Source: Candidatus Cloacimonadales bacterium (GTDB taxonomy: Bacteria > Cloacimonadota > Cloacimonadia > Cloacimonadales > JAFGVF01). From it: a stretch of DNA of 64,000 nucleotides. The translations under genes and the position numbers were made by a program. The stretch is from assembly GCA_963663475.2 (NCBI GenBank), contig CAXXJV010000001.1:320001-384000 (forward strand). The letters are read 5' to 3'. Numbering within the stretch: position 1 is the stretch's first letter; each line of letters opens with the position of its first letter. Below, one piece after another: positions 39,612 to 48,965 of the stretch. A model generated the notes under the pieces. It worked only from the letters and a program-made list of their open reading frames with translations, was not told the DNA's origin and did not search any database.

Positions 39612-41754
39612 CAAAATAAATACCAGAGCTTACACTAGTAGACTGTGAGTTTTTTCCATCCCAAACATAGCTATGATAACCACTATTCAATAAACCTTGA
39701 TATAAACTTGCTACTTTCTGCCCTTTCAAATTATAAACTGCTAGGTGACCATAAGCTTTCTTAGGAAGAATGAAGCTAATTTTAGTCTCTGGATTGAAAG
39801 GATTAGGATAATTTCTAAGTCCAAAAGCTGATTCACTTGCTGGAATAACATCATCATCTTGATTAGAAACACCTATTGGCAACATTGGTATATCTAAATT
39901 TAATTCTAAGGACTCCATTATCATTACATCAGATATTATTACATCTTGATAATCCCAGCGACTTGCCTTAACAGTATAAGTCCCTGCTCCACAATGATAA
40001 GTGTAATTACCTAAGCTGTCACTAAATTCAGGAAGCTTATCTATAATCTCTATCCTAACACAATCTAAAGGCTGATTAGTGCTTGCATCATAGACATTGC
40101 CACTAAAACCACCAATATAGACTGAACCATACTCATAGGCTCCAATATCAACTATATCAGGATTACTCCCGTTTGCTGAAGCGATTCTTTTATGGTAGCG
40201 TAGGTCAAAATCTGGTAAATCAGGACCATAAGCTCCAGCATCTCTACAAGGTGATGAAGGAGATAAAGAGTAATTATGATTTAAAGTATCTGCAAAAAGT
40301 GGGTCTGCGTAAAGATGATTTTCTGTATAGTAATATGATGGGTAATCGATAATTGGAATTGTCCCAAGGTTATTAAAAAATGAGGTAATATACCCCCCAG
40401 AGTTTCCTCCATAGCTAGTTTGTATATCAATTATGTTATTTGTAAATATCGACGCAGAGCTTCCTCTAGCAGTAATCAGCCAAGAATTGTTTACAAATGT
40501 ATTATTATAGATATATGGTGATGTATCATAAGTGTAAAATAATAGTCCCGCAGGAGAATCTGCTGTTTGTCGCACTAGATTATTAAAAACCCTGATTTGT
40601 CCATCGGGTGCTAATAATGAACGTTTTTCAAAATCCATCACACTACTAACATGTTCATTAGTTTCAATTATATTATTATAAATATATGCTTTATTATTAT
40701 CTCTTGTTTCAGCAGTAACTTGAACGTTCCCAAATAGATAGTTATCAGATAGATAATTTGTTCCAAAACCCCCAGAATATAGATTTATGGGATCTAAGTC
40801 AACTACATTCTTAACTAAAGTATTTTTCCTAGCAAAAACTACTTCAGTTGAATCACCAGAATGACAGCCCCAGCCTCTTTTACCATTATAGGCATAATTA
40901 CCGTAACTGCTTATTCTTCCAAAGTTTATTTCTCTAGTTTCGGTAGCATTTACTTCTGAGCCAAAATTATAATAAGTATTAAAAAGGAATAAAGTTATCA
41001 GGTAACCTCCCGAAGAAGGATAATCTGAAGGACCATTAAAGTAACATCTTGCAATAACAAGATTATAAGCTTCATTAGGAGGGTTTTCTTCTGAAGGTCT
41101 AATTGATAATGGTGTAGGATTCCCATGAGGTAGTGGATATATGTTTGTAGTGATGAATCTACATTTATAAACAACTAAATCCATATTCAAGTTTCTTGTT
41201 CTGAGACCAACACAATTATTTTCGAATGTGCAGTTTTTAACATTAATTAAACCATTAAGAAAATTAATTGCACCTCGATGCCCTCCATGTATATAATTGG
41301 GGGTTTCATTGGGGACATAATTTCCAATAAAGGTATGTCTGATTTCACAATACTCGAATGATGAAATAGGAGCCTCTGGTGTTAAAGCAATACCTCCCCA
41401 CTGGTATTCACTGCCATCTTGATATTTATCAAAAATAATTGGGTCTTCTGGAGTACCGATAGCATTGATTGTCCCGTTAACAACTATCATCTTAGCAACT
41501 GGCTGTGTGGTATTACTGTAACTCCAATCAAAAAGAGCAGGATAATTCATGTCTGCTCCACTAACTAAAATTTCAGTTCCAGGCATGATAGTAAGAGTAA
41601 CACCAGAATCTATATAGAGAAAAGAAGTAACTATATAAGGATCATTATGATGAGGATACCAAAGAGTATTCTCTGTGATATGACCTCCTACTTCTATGGA
41701 AAGAAGAGGAAAGGCAATAAGAACTATGATAAACAATAATATATTGTTCTTCAT
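39556..41754 (-). CDS. Secreted parallel beta-helix protein with CarboxypepD-reg-like domain and FlgD-Ig/T9SS-type CTD
   Basis: GVTLTIMPGT, AIGTPEDPIIF, SPCRDAG, DIGAYEY, GTYTVKASRWDY; C-terminus NYPNPFNPETKISF...HKIVLMK. Confidence 0.87.
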   Translation of the reverse strand: MKNNILLFIIVLIAFPLLSIEVGGHITENTLWYPHHNDPYIVTSFLYIDSGVTLTIMPGTEILVSGADMNYPALFDWSYSNTTQPVAKMIVVNGTINAIGTPEDPIIFDKYQDGSEYQWGGIALTPEAPISSFEYCEIRHTFIGNYVPNETPNYIHGGHRGAINFLNGLINVKNCTFENNCVGLRTRNLNMDLVVYKCRFITTNIYPLPHGNPTPLSIRPSEENPPNEAYNLVIARCYFNGPSDYPSSGGYLITLFLFNTYYNFGSEVNATETREINFGRISSYGNYAYNGKRGWGCHSGDSTEVVFARKNTLVKNVVDLDPINLYSGGFGTNYLSDNYLFGNVQVTAETRDNNKAYIYNNIIETNEHVSSVMDFEKRSLLAPDGQIRVFNNLVRQTADSPAGLLFYTYDTSPYIYNNTFVNNSWLITARGSSASIFTNNIIDIQTSYGGNSGGYITSFFNNLGTIPIIDYPSYYYTENHLYADPLFADTLNHNYSLSPSSPCRDAGAYGPDLPDFDLRYHKRIASANGSNPDIVDIGAYEYGSVYIGGFSGNVYDASTNQPLDCVRIEIIDKLPEFSDSLGNYTYHCGAGTYTVKASRWDYQDVIISDVMIMESLELNLDIPMLPIGVSNQDDDVIPASESAFGLRNYPNPFNPETKISFILPKKAYGHLAVYNLKGQKVASLYQGLLNSGYHSYVWDGKNSQSTSVSSGIYFVRLEVEGKSQTHKIVLMK

Positions 41755-41811
41755 TGTAACTCCTTTAAATATTCGGAGCTTAGGTAATAAGCCTAAGCCC
41801 TTTTAGTTTTT

Positions 41812-41835
41812 TTATTTCATTAACATCATTTTATG
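41812..41835 (-). pseudogene. Orphan tail of another CTD gene (HKMMLMK*)
   Basis: Minus strand reads CAT AAA ATG ATG TTA ATG AAA TAA, followed by hairpin GCTTAGG/CCTAAGC; in-frame stop ~13 codons upstream. Confidence 0.6.
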
Positions 41836-42138
41836 TAGTCTATGTGTATTCTTTGGAATTATAACTACCAAGCACGATTATAGTACAAATATTAACAATT
41901 ATTATGTCAAGATATATTTTGATTATTATTTCCCTCATTAGTGATTAAGAATATTCATTAACAAGTTTACTTCCCTACTAGTATTTTCTTTTTATGTCGT
42001 TGAACATATCACTTTCATTCAAGAGTTCAGATATTCTCATTATAACTTTTTATGATCACTCAATTGATTAAAAAAGTAAGTCTTATTCTTCTAGGAAGGC
42101 TTGATGGTGAATCCAAGTAGTGCAGTATATCTTTAGTG

Positions 42139-42320
42139 ATGAGGAGTGACGGGAGTTGCTCACGGAGTAGCGACTTCCGACAAATCAACTTATATTCGTC
42201 CGAAGTCCCTTGCCTACGGCTGAGGAACTCCGGTCTCCAACTTAGCGACTTCCGACTGACATCTCTTTTGTCTTTCGTCCCAAGTCCCTTGCCTAGAGCT
42301 GAGGAAGTCCGGTCTCCAAC
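42139..42320. repeat. REP/REPIN-like hairpin units, family C (one full, one partial), same orientation as 39285-39552
   Basis: Near-identical to 39285-39387, including loop AAATCAACTTATATTC. Confidence 0.88.
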
Positions 42321-42423
42321 TCTAGGATTATTTACACTATACTCAAAGTTTAATAAAATTATACTTGACACTAATTATACCATACTTAAGTTTTGAATAT
42401 ATAATAAATAAAGTGGAGGAGAT

Positions 42424-43866
42424 ATGGAACTAGGAAAAATAGCAATAGATTATGCTCGCTCACTAGGAGCTGACTTTGCTGACATTAGAATCCAGAGAAC
42501 TAAACGTGAATTTATCTTTGTACGTGACCTCAATGTAAAAATGTTTAATAATGATGACAGCTATGGTTACGGAATAAGAGTATTTAAGAATGGTGCATGG
42601 GGCTTTGCCCATAACAAAATCTTCACTAAAGATGCAGTAATCGAAACAGTCAAATCTGCTTATAATATTGCTTTAGCATCTTCCCAAATAAACAAAAACT
42701 TCAAATTGCAACTTACTCCCGAAAGAGGCTATATTGATACTTACAAGACCCCTCTTAGTATTGACCCTTTCTCAGTATCGCCTAAAGAGAAAATTGACCA
42801 ACTCTTAGAAATCAACAGAACTTTACTTTCTTATCAAGATATAAAGCAAGCTAGAGCCATGATAATCTCGCAAAATGATGATAAAATCTTAATGAATACT
42901 GATGGTTCTCACTTGAAAATCAATACAACTTATGTATATCCTTCCTATACTGCAGTAGCAGTTAACCAAGAGGATAGTCAATCCCGTTCTTATAACCCAG
43001 GAGCAACTGCTGCAGGTTGGGAGCATGTAATAAATCTAAGACTTTTAGAGAATGCTGATAGAGTAGCTAGAGAAGCTATTATGAAGCTTAATGCAGACTC
43101 TTTGCCTGGAGACAAACGCCGTGATTTAGTTCTAAATCCTGACCACTTGGCTCTTACAATGCACGAATCCGTAGGACATCCAACTGAGCTTGATAGAGTC
43201 TTAGGCTGGGAAGCAGATTTTGCTGGTATTTCTTTTGCAACTCCAGAGAAACTAAAGAATTATCAATATGGTTCAGAAATAGTAAATTTCACAGCTAATA
43301 ATAAGCTTGCTGGTGGTATGGCAACTGCTGGTTATGATGATGATGGAGTACCTAACCAAGAATGGCAAATTGTTAAAGATGGTATTCTTAATGAATACGG
43401 GACTACTAGAGATACTGCTTCTTTCATAGGACAAAGTCTTAGTCGTGGCTGTAACAGAGCTACTAATTATTATGATATGCCAATTAACAGAATACCTAAC
43501 CTTTACTTAGAAGCTGGGGAAAAAGAATGTAGTCCAAACGATCTCATTTCTGCAGTTGATGATGGTGTTATGATTGAAGGACAAGGTTCATTCTCCATTG
43601 ACCAACACAGAATCAACTTCCAATTCGGTGGAGATATGTTCTGGGAAATTAAAAATGGAAAGAGAACTAGACCACTCAAGAAGATTCTTTATAGATCAAA
43701 TAATCCAGAATTTTGGAATAGTGTTGAAGCTATCGCTGATAAGCGTTTCTGGAAATCCTGGGGAGTTAATAATTGTGGTAAAGGACAGCCAAGTCAAACT
43801 GGTAGAATGACCCATGGTGCTTCACCAACCCTCTTTAGAAACATTATGGTAGGAGGTTCAAAATGA
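42424..43866 (+). CDS. tldD: TldD-family metalloprotease
   Basis: HESVGHPTELDR zincin motif, GYDDDG, CGKGQP, HGASP. Confidence 0.95.
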   Translation: MELGKIAIDYARSLGADFADIRIQRTKREFIFVRDLNVKMFNNDDSYGYGIRVFKNGAWGFAHNKIFTKDAVIETVKSAYNIALASSQINKNFKLQLTPERGYIDTYKTPLSIDPFSVSPKEKIDQLLEINRTLLSYQDIKQARAMIISQNDDKILMNTDGSHLKINTTYVYPSYTAVAVNQEDSQSRSYNPGATAAGWEHVINLRLLENADRVAREAIMKLNADSLPGDKRRDLVLNPDHLALTMHESVGHPTELDRVLGWEADFAGISFATPEKLKNYQYGSEIVNFTANNKLAGGMATAGYDDDGVPNQEWQIVKDGILNEYGTTRDTASFIGQSLSRGCNRATNYYDMPINRIPNLYLEAGEKECSPNDLISAVDDGVMIEGQGSFSIDQHRINFQFGGDMFWEIKNGKRTRPLKKILYRSNNPEFWNSVEAIADKRFWKSWGVNNCGKGQPSQTGRMTHGASPTLFRNIMVGGSK

Positions 43867-45146
43867 TAAATAAACTAATAAAAACCATAGATTTTATTAA
43901 GCAGAACATAGATGCTGATGATTATCAAATTAATGCTAACGTAAAAGATTCTTTAGATACCCGTTTTGCTCAAAATAGAATTACCCAAAATATATCAGGT
44001 GTTAAATTTGAAATTGATGTTACTCTTTACTTTGGTAAAAAATCAGGTTCAGTCAATATTGACCAACTTGATGAAAAGAGTATTTTAGATAGACTAGCTG
44101 TAGCAAAGACTATTGCACTCCACTCATCTGAAGATACTGAGTATATCCCTTCTGAAGAAACTAAAGACTTTGATGAATATAACAATTTCGATCAAGAAAT
44201 CGCTGATTTAACTGTTGAAGACCATCTTGCTATTATTAAAATTTGTATTGATAATGCTATCAAGCAAGATGCTCAAGTTTCAGGTATGGTATCACGACAT
44301 ATAATTCATACTTATCTCACTACTAAAAATGGCTTTGAAGGTCAGAATAAGTTCACTATCTTTGAACATTCAATGACTATTAAAAAAGACGATAGAGAAA
44401 CTAGAGTTTCTAGCTCTGTTATCAGAAAGAAACTACATGATTTAGATGCTTTGATAAATCAGCTAAACACTAATTTCCAAGCAATCTCTTCTCCAAATGA
44501 AATGCTCCCTCGTAAGATACCTGTCATCTTGCGACCTCAAGCTGTTATCGATATCTTCTCTTTTATGTCTTGGTTTATGGATAGAAGAGGAGCTGATTTA
44601 GGTATGACGCCTTTCTCTAACATGATAGAAACTCCTTTCTTTGGGAAAAACTTCAATATGTACTCATCTTTAGATGATGAGAGAATTATGAGACCTGCTT
44701 TTGATGGAAATGGTATTCTTAATCAAAATACTGATTGGTCAAAAGATGGTATCTTGAAGAATCTACCTACAGGCAAGGCTTATGCTCAACAACATAATCT
44801 TAAACATGTCAATCATCCATTTAACATTATTATTGCTGGTGGAGATAAAACAGAAGAAGAAATGATGGCCATGGTTGACGAAGGTATTATTATTAACCGC
44901 TTCTGGTACATCAGAGTTGTTGATAGCAAAAGTGGTGAACTTACTGGACTTACCCGAGATGGTGTACTCTACTTCAAAAATGGTAAGATTGAAAAATCTG
45001 TTAATAACTTCCGCTGGAATGAGATTCCTCATGATATGAGCAGGAGAATTCTTGCTCTAGGAAAAGAAGTTGTGAATGATACTAGATCTATTATTCCGAC
45101 AATGTTAGTTGATGATTTTACTCTAGTAGATAATACAAGATTCTAA
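43863..45146 (+). CDS. tldE: TldE/PmbA-family partner subunit
   Basis: RFAQNRITQ, VILRPQAV, TGLTRDG, NFRWNE; no HExxH; ATGA overlap with tldD. Confidence 0.88.
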   Translation: MINKLIKTIDFIKQNIDADDYQINANVKDSLDTRFAQNRITQNISGVKFEIDVTLYFGKKSGSVNIDQLDEKSILDRLAVAKTIALHSSEDTEYIPSEETKDFDEYNNFDQEIADLTVEDHLAIIKICIDNAIKQDAQVSGMVSRHIIHTYLTTKNGFEGQNKFTIFEHSMTIKKDDRETRVSSSVIRKKLHDLDALINQLNTNFQAISSPNEMLPRKIPVILRPQAVIDIFSFMSWFMDRRGADLGMTPFSNMIETPFFGKNFNMYSSLDDERIMRPAFDGNGILNQNTDWSKDGILKNLPTGKAYAQQHNLKHVNHPFNIIIAGGDKTEEEMMAMVDEGIIINRFWYIRVVDSKSGELTGLTRDGVLYFKNGKIEKSVNNFRWNEIPHDMSRRILALGKEVVNDTRSIIPTMLVDDFTLVDNTRF

Positions 45147-45199
45147 ATAAATAAACAACCAATAATAAAGCAAGGGCGAATTTAACAGTTTGCCCTTTT
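44894..45199 (+). repeat. Direct repeat, copy 1 (tldE 3' end + terminator)
   Basis: About 306 bp; 12 substitutions versus 47769-48074 by manual alignment. Confidence 0.95.
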
Positions 45200-45275
45200 T
45201 TAATATATAAAGTCCTATGATGTGATATAACTATTAGGGAAATTGCAGATTAAGTGGTGCTGTTTAAAAAAGATC

Positions 45276-45753
45276 GGCTCTTGTTCAAGTCTGGTGGTAA
45301 ATAAGAGACTTTCATTATAGCATATTGCTTGAATAATAGAAAGTTACAAGTAAGAATATACTGTTAAGAGTATGTTTTGTTTGATGATAAGTACTAAATC
45401 CTGAAGGGATAAGTCTTAAATCCTCAAAGGGGATAAATAGTTTAGCCTAGGGTAAATTCCTGAAGGGAATGCAACCCTGGGTACTGGTGATGAAAAACAA
45501 AGCCTAACCCTGAAAGGGTTAAATAACATCATATATACCATAGACTTATACAATAATATATTATTTATCATTTTATTAAACCCTTACAGGGTAACATCTT
45601 TGGGCTAGCCATCATTACCCAGGGTTGCGATACTTTCAGCATCTTACCCTGGGCTAAATTATTTTATCCCTTTCAGGGATTTTTGATGAATTAATATAGT
45701 AATGAAATATTCTCATTTTCCTATATTATTCCCACCAGACTTGAACTTGAGCC
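45276..45753 (-). mobile_element. MITE-A, full-length 478 bp, opposite orientation to the 27801 copy
   Basis: IRs GGCTCTTGTTCAAGTCTGGTGG / CCACCAGACTTGAACTTGAGCC; 8-bp TSD AAAAGATC (45268-45275 and 45754-45761). Confidence 0.93.
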
Positions 45754-45990
45754 AAAAGATCTATCTCCTTGTTTAGGCTAAGTATCATAAGAAACTTCAT
45801 ACATCCTACATAATACCTGTCAATTTAATTTACATTTAGCATACAATATTTATTTTTATAGAAAGATATATGCTAACATTTTTCTTTCACTAGAGAAGAA
45901 AGCTAGTACTAATCAATCTTAAGTAAAAATTTATATTATATAATATTTTGGAATTAATTGTGCTTATAATTAAAAATAAAAGGAGATATT

Positions 45991-47643
45991 ATGAAAGTAA
46001 TTGTTACTTTATTGACTATAATATTATTCACATCTTGTCTATTCTCTTATCAGACCCTGGATACTATCTGGGAGTATGAAAGTGAAAACTTGGAAGATGA
46101 TTTTGGGAAAAATATTACTTCCCTGGACTTTAATGGGGATGGTTATTATGACTTATTCGTAGCAACTGGGGGAGTCATTGCTATTGAGAATGATTCTTTA
46201 CGAATTTTTAATTTTTTATATTATTTTGAGGGCAATCAAGATGGTTTACCTAATACTTATACTTCTATAATCAACTATTCTCCTCTTGAAGAAATTCCTG
46301 ATTCCATAAGTTTCTATCTTGTTGGTGCTTTTGAGAAGATAACCAGTCTAGGAGATGTTAACAATGATGGATATGAAGATTTAGGGTTTATATCAAATTA
46401 TTGGGATGATAGTTTTATTTATTGGGGTGGGCGAATAAATATTATTTATGGAAATAACTATAATGATTTTGAAATTGACTATTCTCTCGACCAATATCAC
46501 CAACCAATCTCTAACTTCAAAGGGTTAGGTGATATTAACGGAGACGGTTATGATGATATGGGCTATATAATTGGATCTGGTAATTCCAATTATCCTCTAT
46601 CTTTCCGAGTAATTGATGGGCAAACATTGGAAGAATATGCAGTCTCTAATGATATTACTATTATTGGAAATCATTATAGTTCAATTGATGGATTAGGTGA
46701 TATAAATGGGGATGGCTTTAGTGATTACTCATATAGTATAGGCGGACGTGAATCTATTGTAGATGAATATGGAAGTACTCGCTGGTACACACAACATAAA
46801 ATTTTTTTGGGTTCTTCCCTTATCGACTCTCTGGCTGATTATACATTTACAACTAAAACTCAAAGCAGAAATGCAAATCTTTTACAAGTAAATGACTTTA
46901 ATGGTGATGGCTATGATGATTTTCTTCTATCTGGTTATGAATTAAACGAGGTAGGAAGTTCGGGTTTAAGATTATGGCTAGGAGGTCAAGATATTGATTT
47001 CTCACACTATTCTCATATAGAATACTATGACTGGTTATATCATTATGCTTGTGATGATATAAATAATGATGGTTATAGTGATATAATAGGTATCAGAAGA
47101 AATTATTCCACTGGATATGTTAATGGTTACCTGGGGGGAGCAAATGGTACTCGAGATATTTATCAAACTTTTCAAGATGGTTTCGGATGGGATATGACCA
47201 GTGGTGATTTTAACAACGATGGTCAAGTTGACTTAGTAGTAGGTTCATACGATACTGTCAGTGCACCTTGGCAGCCAGGAAAGTTAATTATGTTAGCAAC
47301 TTCAAATGATTTAACAGAAATTGATCCCGAAATCAATACTGAAATCGAGAGTGAAGATATTTCATCCCCACAGCCAATTATTATAACATACCCTAATCCA
47401 TTCAACCCTGAAACAACAATATCCTTCAATATTGCAAATCAAACAAATGTTGAGCTTAGTATATATAATATCAAAGGGCAAAAAGTTAAGACTCTTATTA
47501 ATGATAAGCTTTCGAAGGGAGCTCATAAAGTCGTTTGGAATGGTAAAAATTCTTCTGGACTAAAAGTATCTTCAGGTGTATATTTTTATCGTCTAAAGAC
47601 ACCTAAGCTTGATACAATAAGAAAAATGTTGTTAATGAAATAG
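45991..47643 (+). CDS. Secreted FG-GAP/VCBS-repeat beta-propeller protein with FlgD-Ig/T9SS-type CTD
   Basis: About seven DxNxDGxxD motifs; C-terminus TYPNPFNPETTISF...RKMLLMK. Confidence 0.92.
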   Translation: MKVIVTLLTIILFTSCLFSYQTLDTIWEYESENLEDDFGKNITSLDFNGDGYYDLFVATGGVIAIENDSLRIFNFLYYFEGNQDGLPNTYTSIINYSPLEEIPDSISFYLVGAFEKITSLGDVNNDGYEDLGFISNYWDDSFIYWGGRINIIYGNNYNDFEIDYSLDQYHQPISNFKGLGDINGDGYDDMGYIIGSGNSNYPLSFRVIDGQTLEEYAVSNDITIIGNHYSSIDGLGDINGDGFSDYSYSIGGRESIVDEYGSTRWYTQHKIFLGSSLIDSLADYTFTTKTQSRNANLLQVNDFNGDGYDDFLLSGYELNEVGSSGLRLWLGGQDIDFSHYSHIEYYDWLYHYACDDINNDGYSDIIGIRRNYSTGYVNGYLGGANGTRDIYQTFQDGFGWDMTSGDFNNDGQVDLVVGSYDTVSAPWQPGKLIMLATSNDLTEIDPEINTEIESEDISSPQPIIITYPNPFNPETTISFNIANQTNVELSIYNIKGQKVKTLINDKLSKGAHKVVWNGKNSSGLKVSSGVYFYRLKTPKLDTIRKMLLMK

Positions 47644-47721
47644 TATCATATGATCCCATGAGCTTTAAGATCCCAATATAAAGGGTTTTTAAGGCATGGA
47701 CAGATTGATAAAATATATCAA

Positions 47722-47747
47722 AAAGGCACGGTATAAGTCGTGCCTTT
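47722..47747. terminator. Terminator-like hairpin after the FG-GAP gene
   Basis: AAAGGCACG-GTATAAGT-CGTGCCTTT. Confidence 0.65.
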
Positions 47748-47768
47748 CTAAATTTTGAACATTATTTA

Positions 47769-48074
47769 TAACCGCTTCTGGTATATCAGAGTTGTTGATA
47801 GCAAAAGTGGTGAACTTACTGGGCTTACCCGAGATGGTGTACTCTACTTCAAAAATGGTAAGATTGAAAAATCTGTTAATAACTTCCGCTGGAATGAAAT
47901 CCCGCATGATATGAGCAGGAGAATTCTTGCTCTAGGTAAACAAGTTGTGAATGATACTAGATCTATTATTCCGACAATGCTAGTTGATGATTTTACACTA
48001 GTAGATAATACAAGATTCTAAATAAATAAACAACCTATAATAAAGCAAGGGAGAATTTAACAGTTCGCCCTTTT
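47769..48074 (+). pseudogene. Direct repeat, copy 2: duplicated 3' fragment of tldE (last ~83 codons) + terminator
   Basis: Encodes NRFWYIRVVDS...LVDNTRF* as in tldE apart from one E>Q change; the 5' part is missing. Confidence 0.93.
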
Positions 48075-48156
48075 CTTCCTTGACAAAAACCCTTTAACAT
48101 ATAATGTAATAATAAAAATAAGTTGTTATTATAATGGGCATTATCAAAGGAATAAT

Positions 48157-48864
48157 ATGAATAATAGTAAAAAAAACTTCAAGAAAGTAGCAAAAAAGCA
48201 TCAACCTAGAGGATTAACCATCCTTTACGAAGATAGAGATATAATAGTTGTAGATAAAATCAATGGACTTCTCTCAATCAGTACCGATACAATTAAAGAG
48301 AATACAGCCTATTATCGTTTGAATAATTATGTTAGAAAAGGCAATCAAAAATCTAAGAACCAAGTGTTTATAGTCCATCGTTTAGATAGAGATACTTCTG
48401 GAGTGTTAGTATTTGCTAAAAGTGAATCTGCCAAGCTCTTTCTACAAAGTGAGTGGCATAATTTTAGTAAGAGTTACTATGCTATTGTATATGGAACAAT
48501 GGATAAGAAAGAGGGGATTTTCACTTCCTACCTTACTGAGAATAAGGCTTATAGGGTTTATTCAGTAGGGGATTCAACAAAAGGGAAATATGCTAATACA
48601 GGCTATAAAGTCATACAGGAATCACAAAAATATTCTCTTCTTGAAATAGCTTTATATACTGGCAGAAAGAATCAAATCAGAGTTCATTTCGCTGAAAATG
48701 GCTTTCCTGTAGCAGGCGATAAGGTATATGGTAAGAAAAATCCTGAGATTAATAGACTAATGCTTCACTCTGCTTCTTTGACTATTTTACACCCTCACAG
48801 CAAAGAGGAAATGACCTTTGAAGCTGATATTCCTCAAGCCTTTAAATCACTTATTAAAAAATAA
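48157..48864 (+). CDS. RluA-family pseudouridine synthase
   Basis: IVHRLDRDTSG, TGRKNQIRVH, GDKVYG, LHSASL. Confidence 0.95.
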   Translation: MNNSKKNFKKVAKKHQPRGLTILYEDRDIIVVDKINGLLSISTDTIKENTAYYRLNNYVRKGNQKSKNQVFIVHRLDRDTSGVLVFAKSESAKLFLQSEWHNFSKSYYAIVYGTMDKKEGIFTSYLTENKAYRVYSVGDSTKGKYANTGYKVIQESQKYSLLEIALYTGRKNQIRVHFAENGFPVAGDKVYGKKNPEINRLMLHSASLTILHPHSKEEMTFEADIPQAFKSLIKK

Positions 48865-48911
48865 ATTACTCCAGTTTTCTAGATACTATACTGCATTTTG
48901 GGTTTAAATCT

Positions 48912-48940
48912 AAAAAAAGGAAGTTACAAGAACTTCCTTT
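48912..48940 (-). terminator. Terminator between convergent genes
   Basis: AAAAAAAGGAAGTT-ACAAG-AACTTCCTTTT. Confidence 0.75.
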
Positions 48941-48965
48941 TATATATTGTTAAGTATCAGATATT

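Noticed and set aside
39285-42320. Integron cassette with attC sites
   Set aside because: The repeat does not show RYYYAAC...GTTRRRY in the proper orientation after the gene, and there is no integron integrase.
42060-42396. ORFs 42060-42371 and 42136-42396
   Set aside because: They are translations of the family-C repeat.
47755-48021. Independent 88-aa gene
   Set aside because: It is the duplicated tldE tail with a TTG start and no clear RBS.
44894-48074. Diversity-generating retroelement TR/VR pair
   Set aside because: Mismatches are not adenine-specific and are nearly all synonymous; there is no reverse transcriptase.
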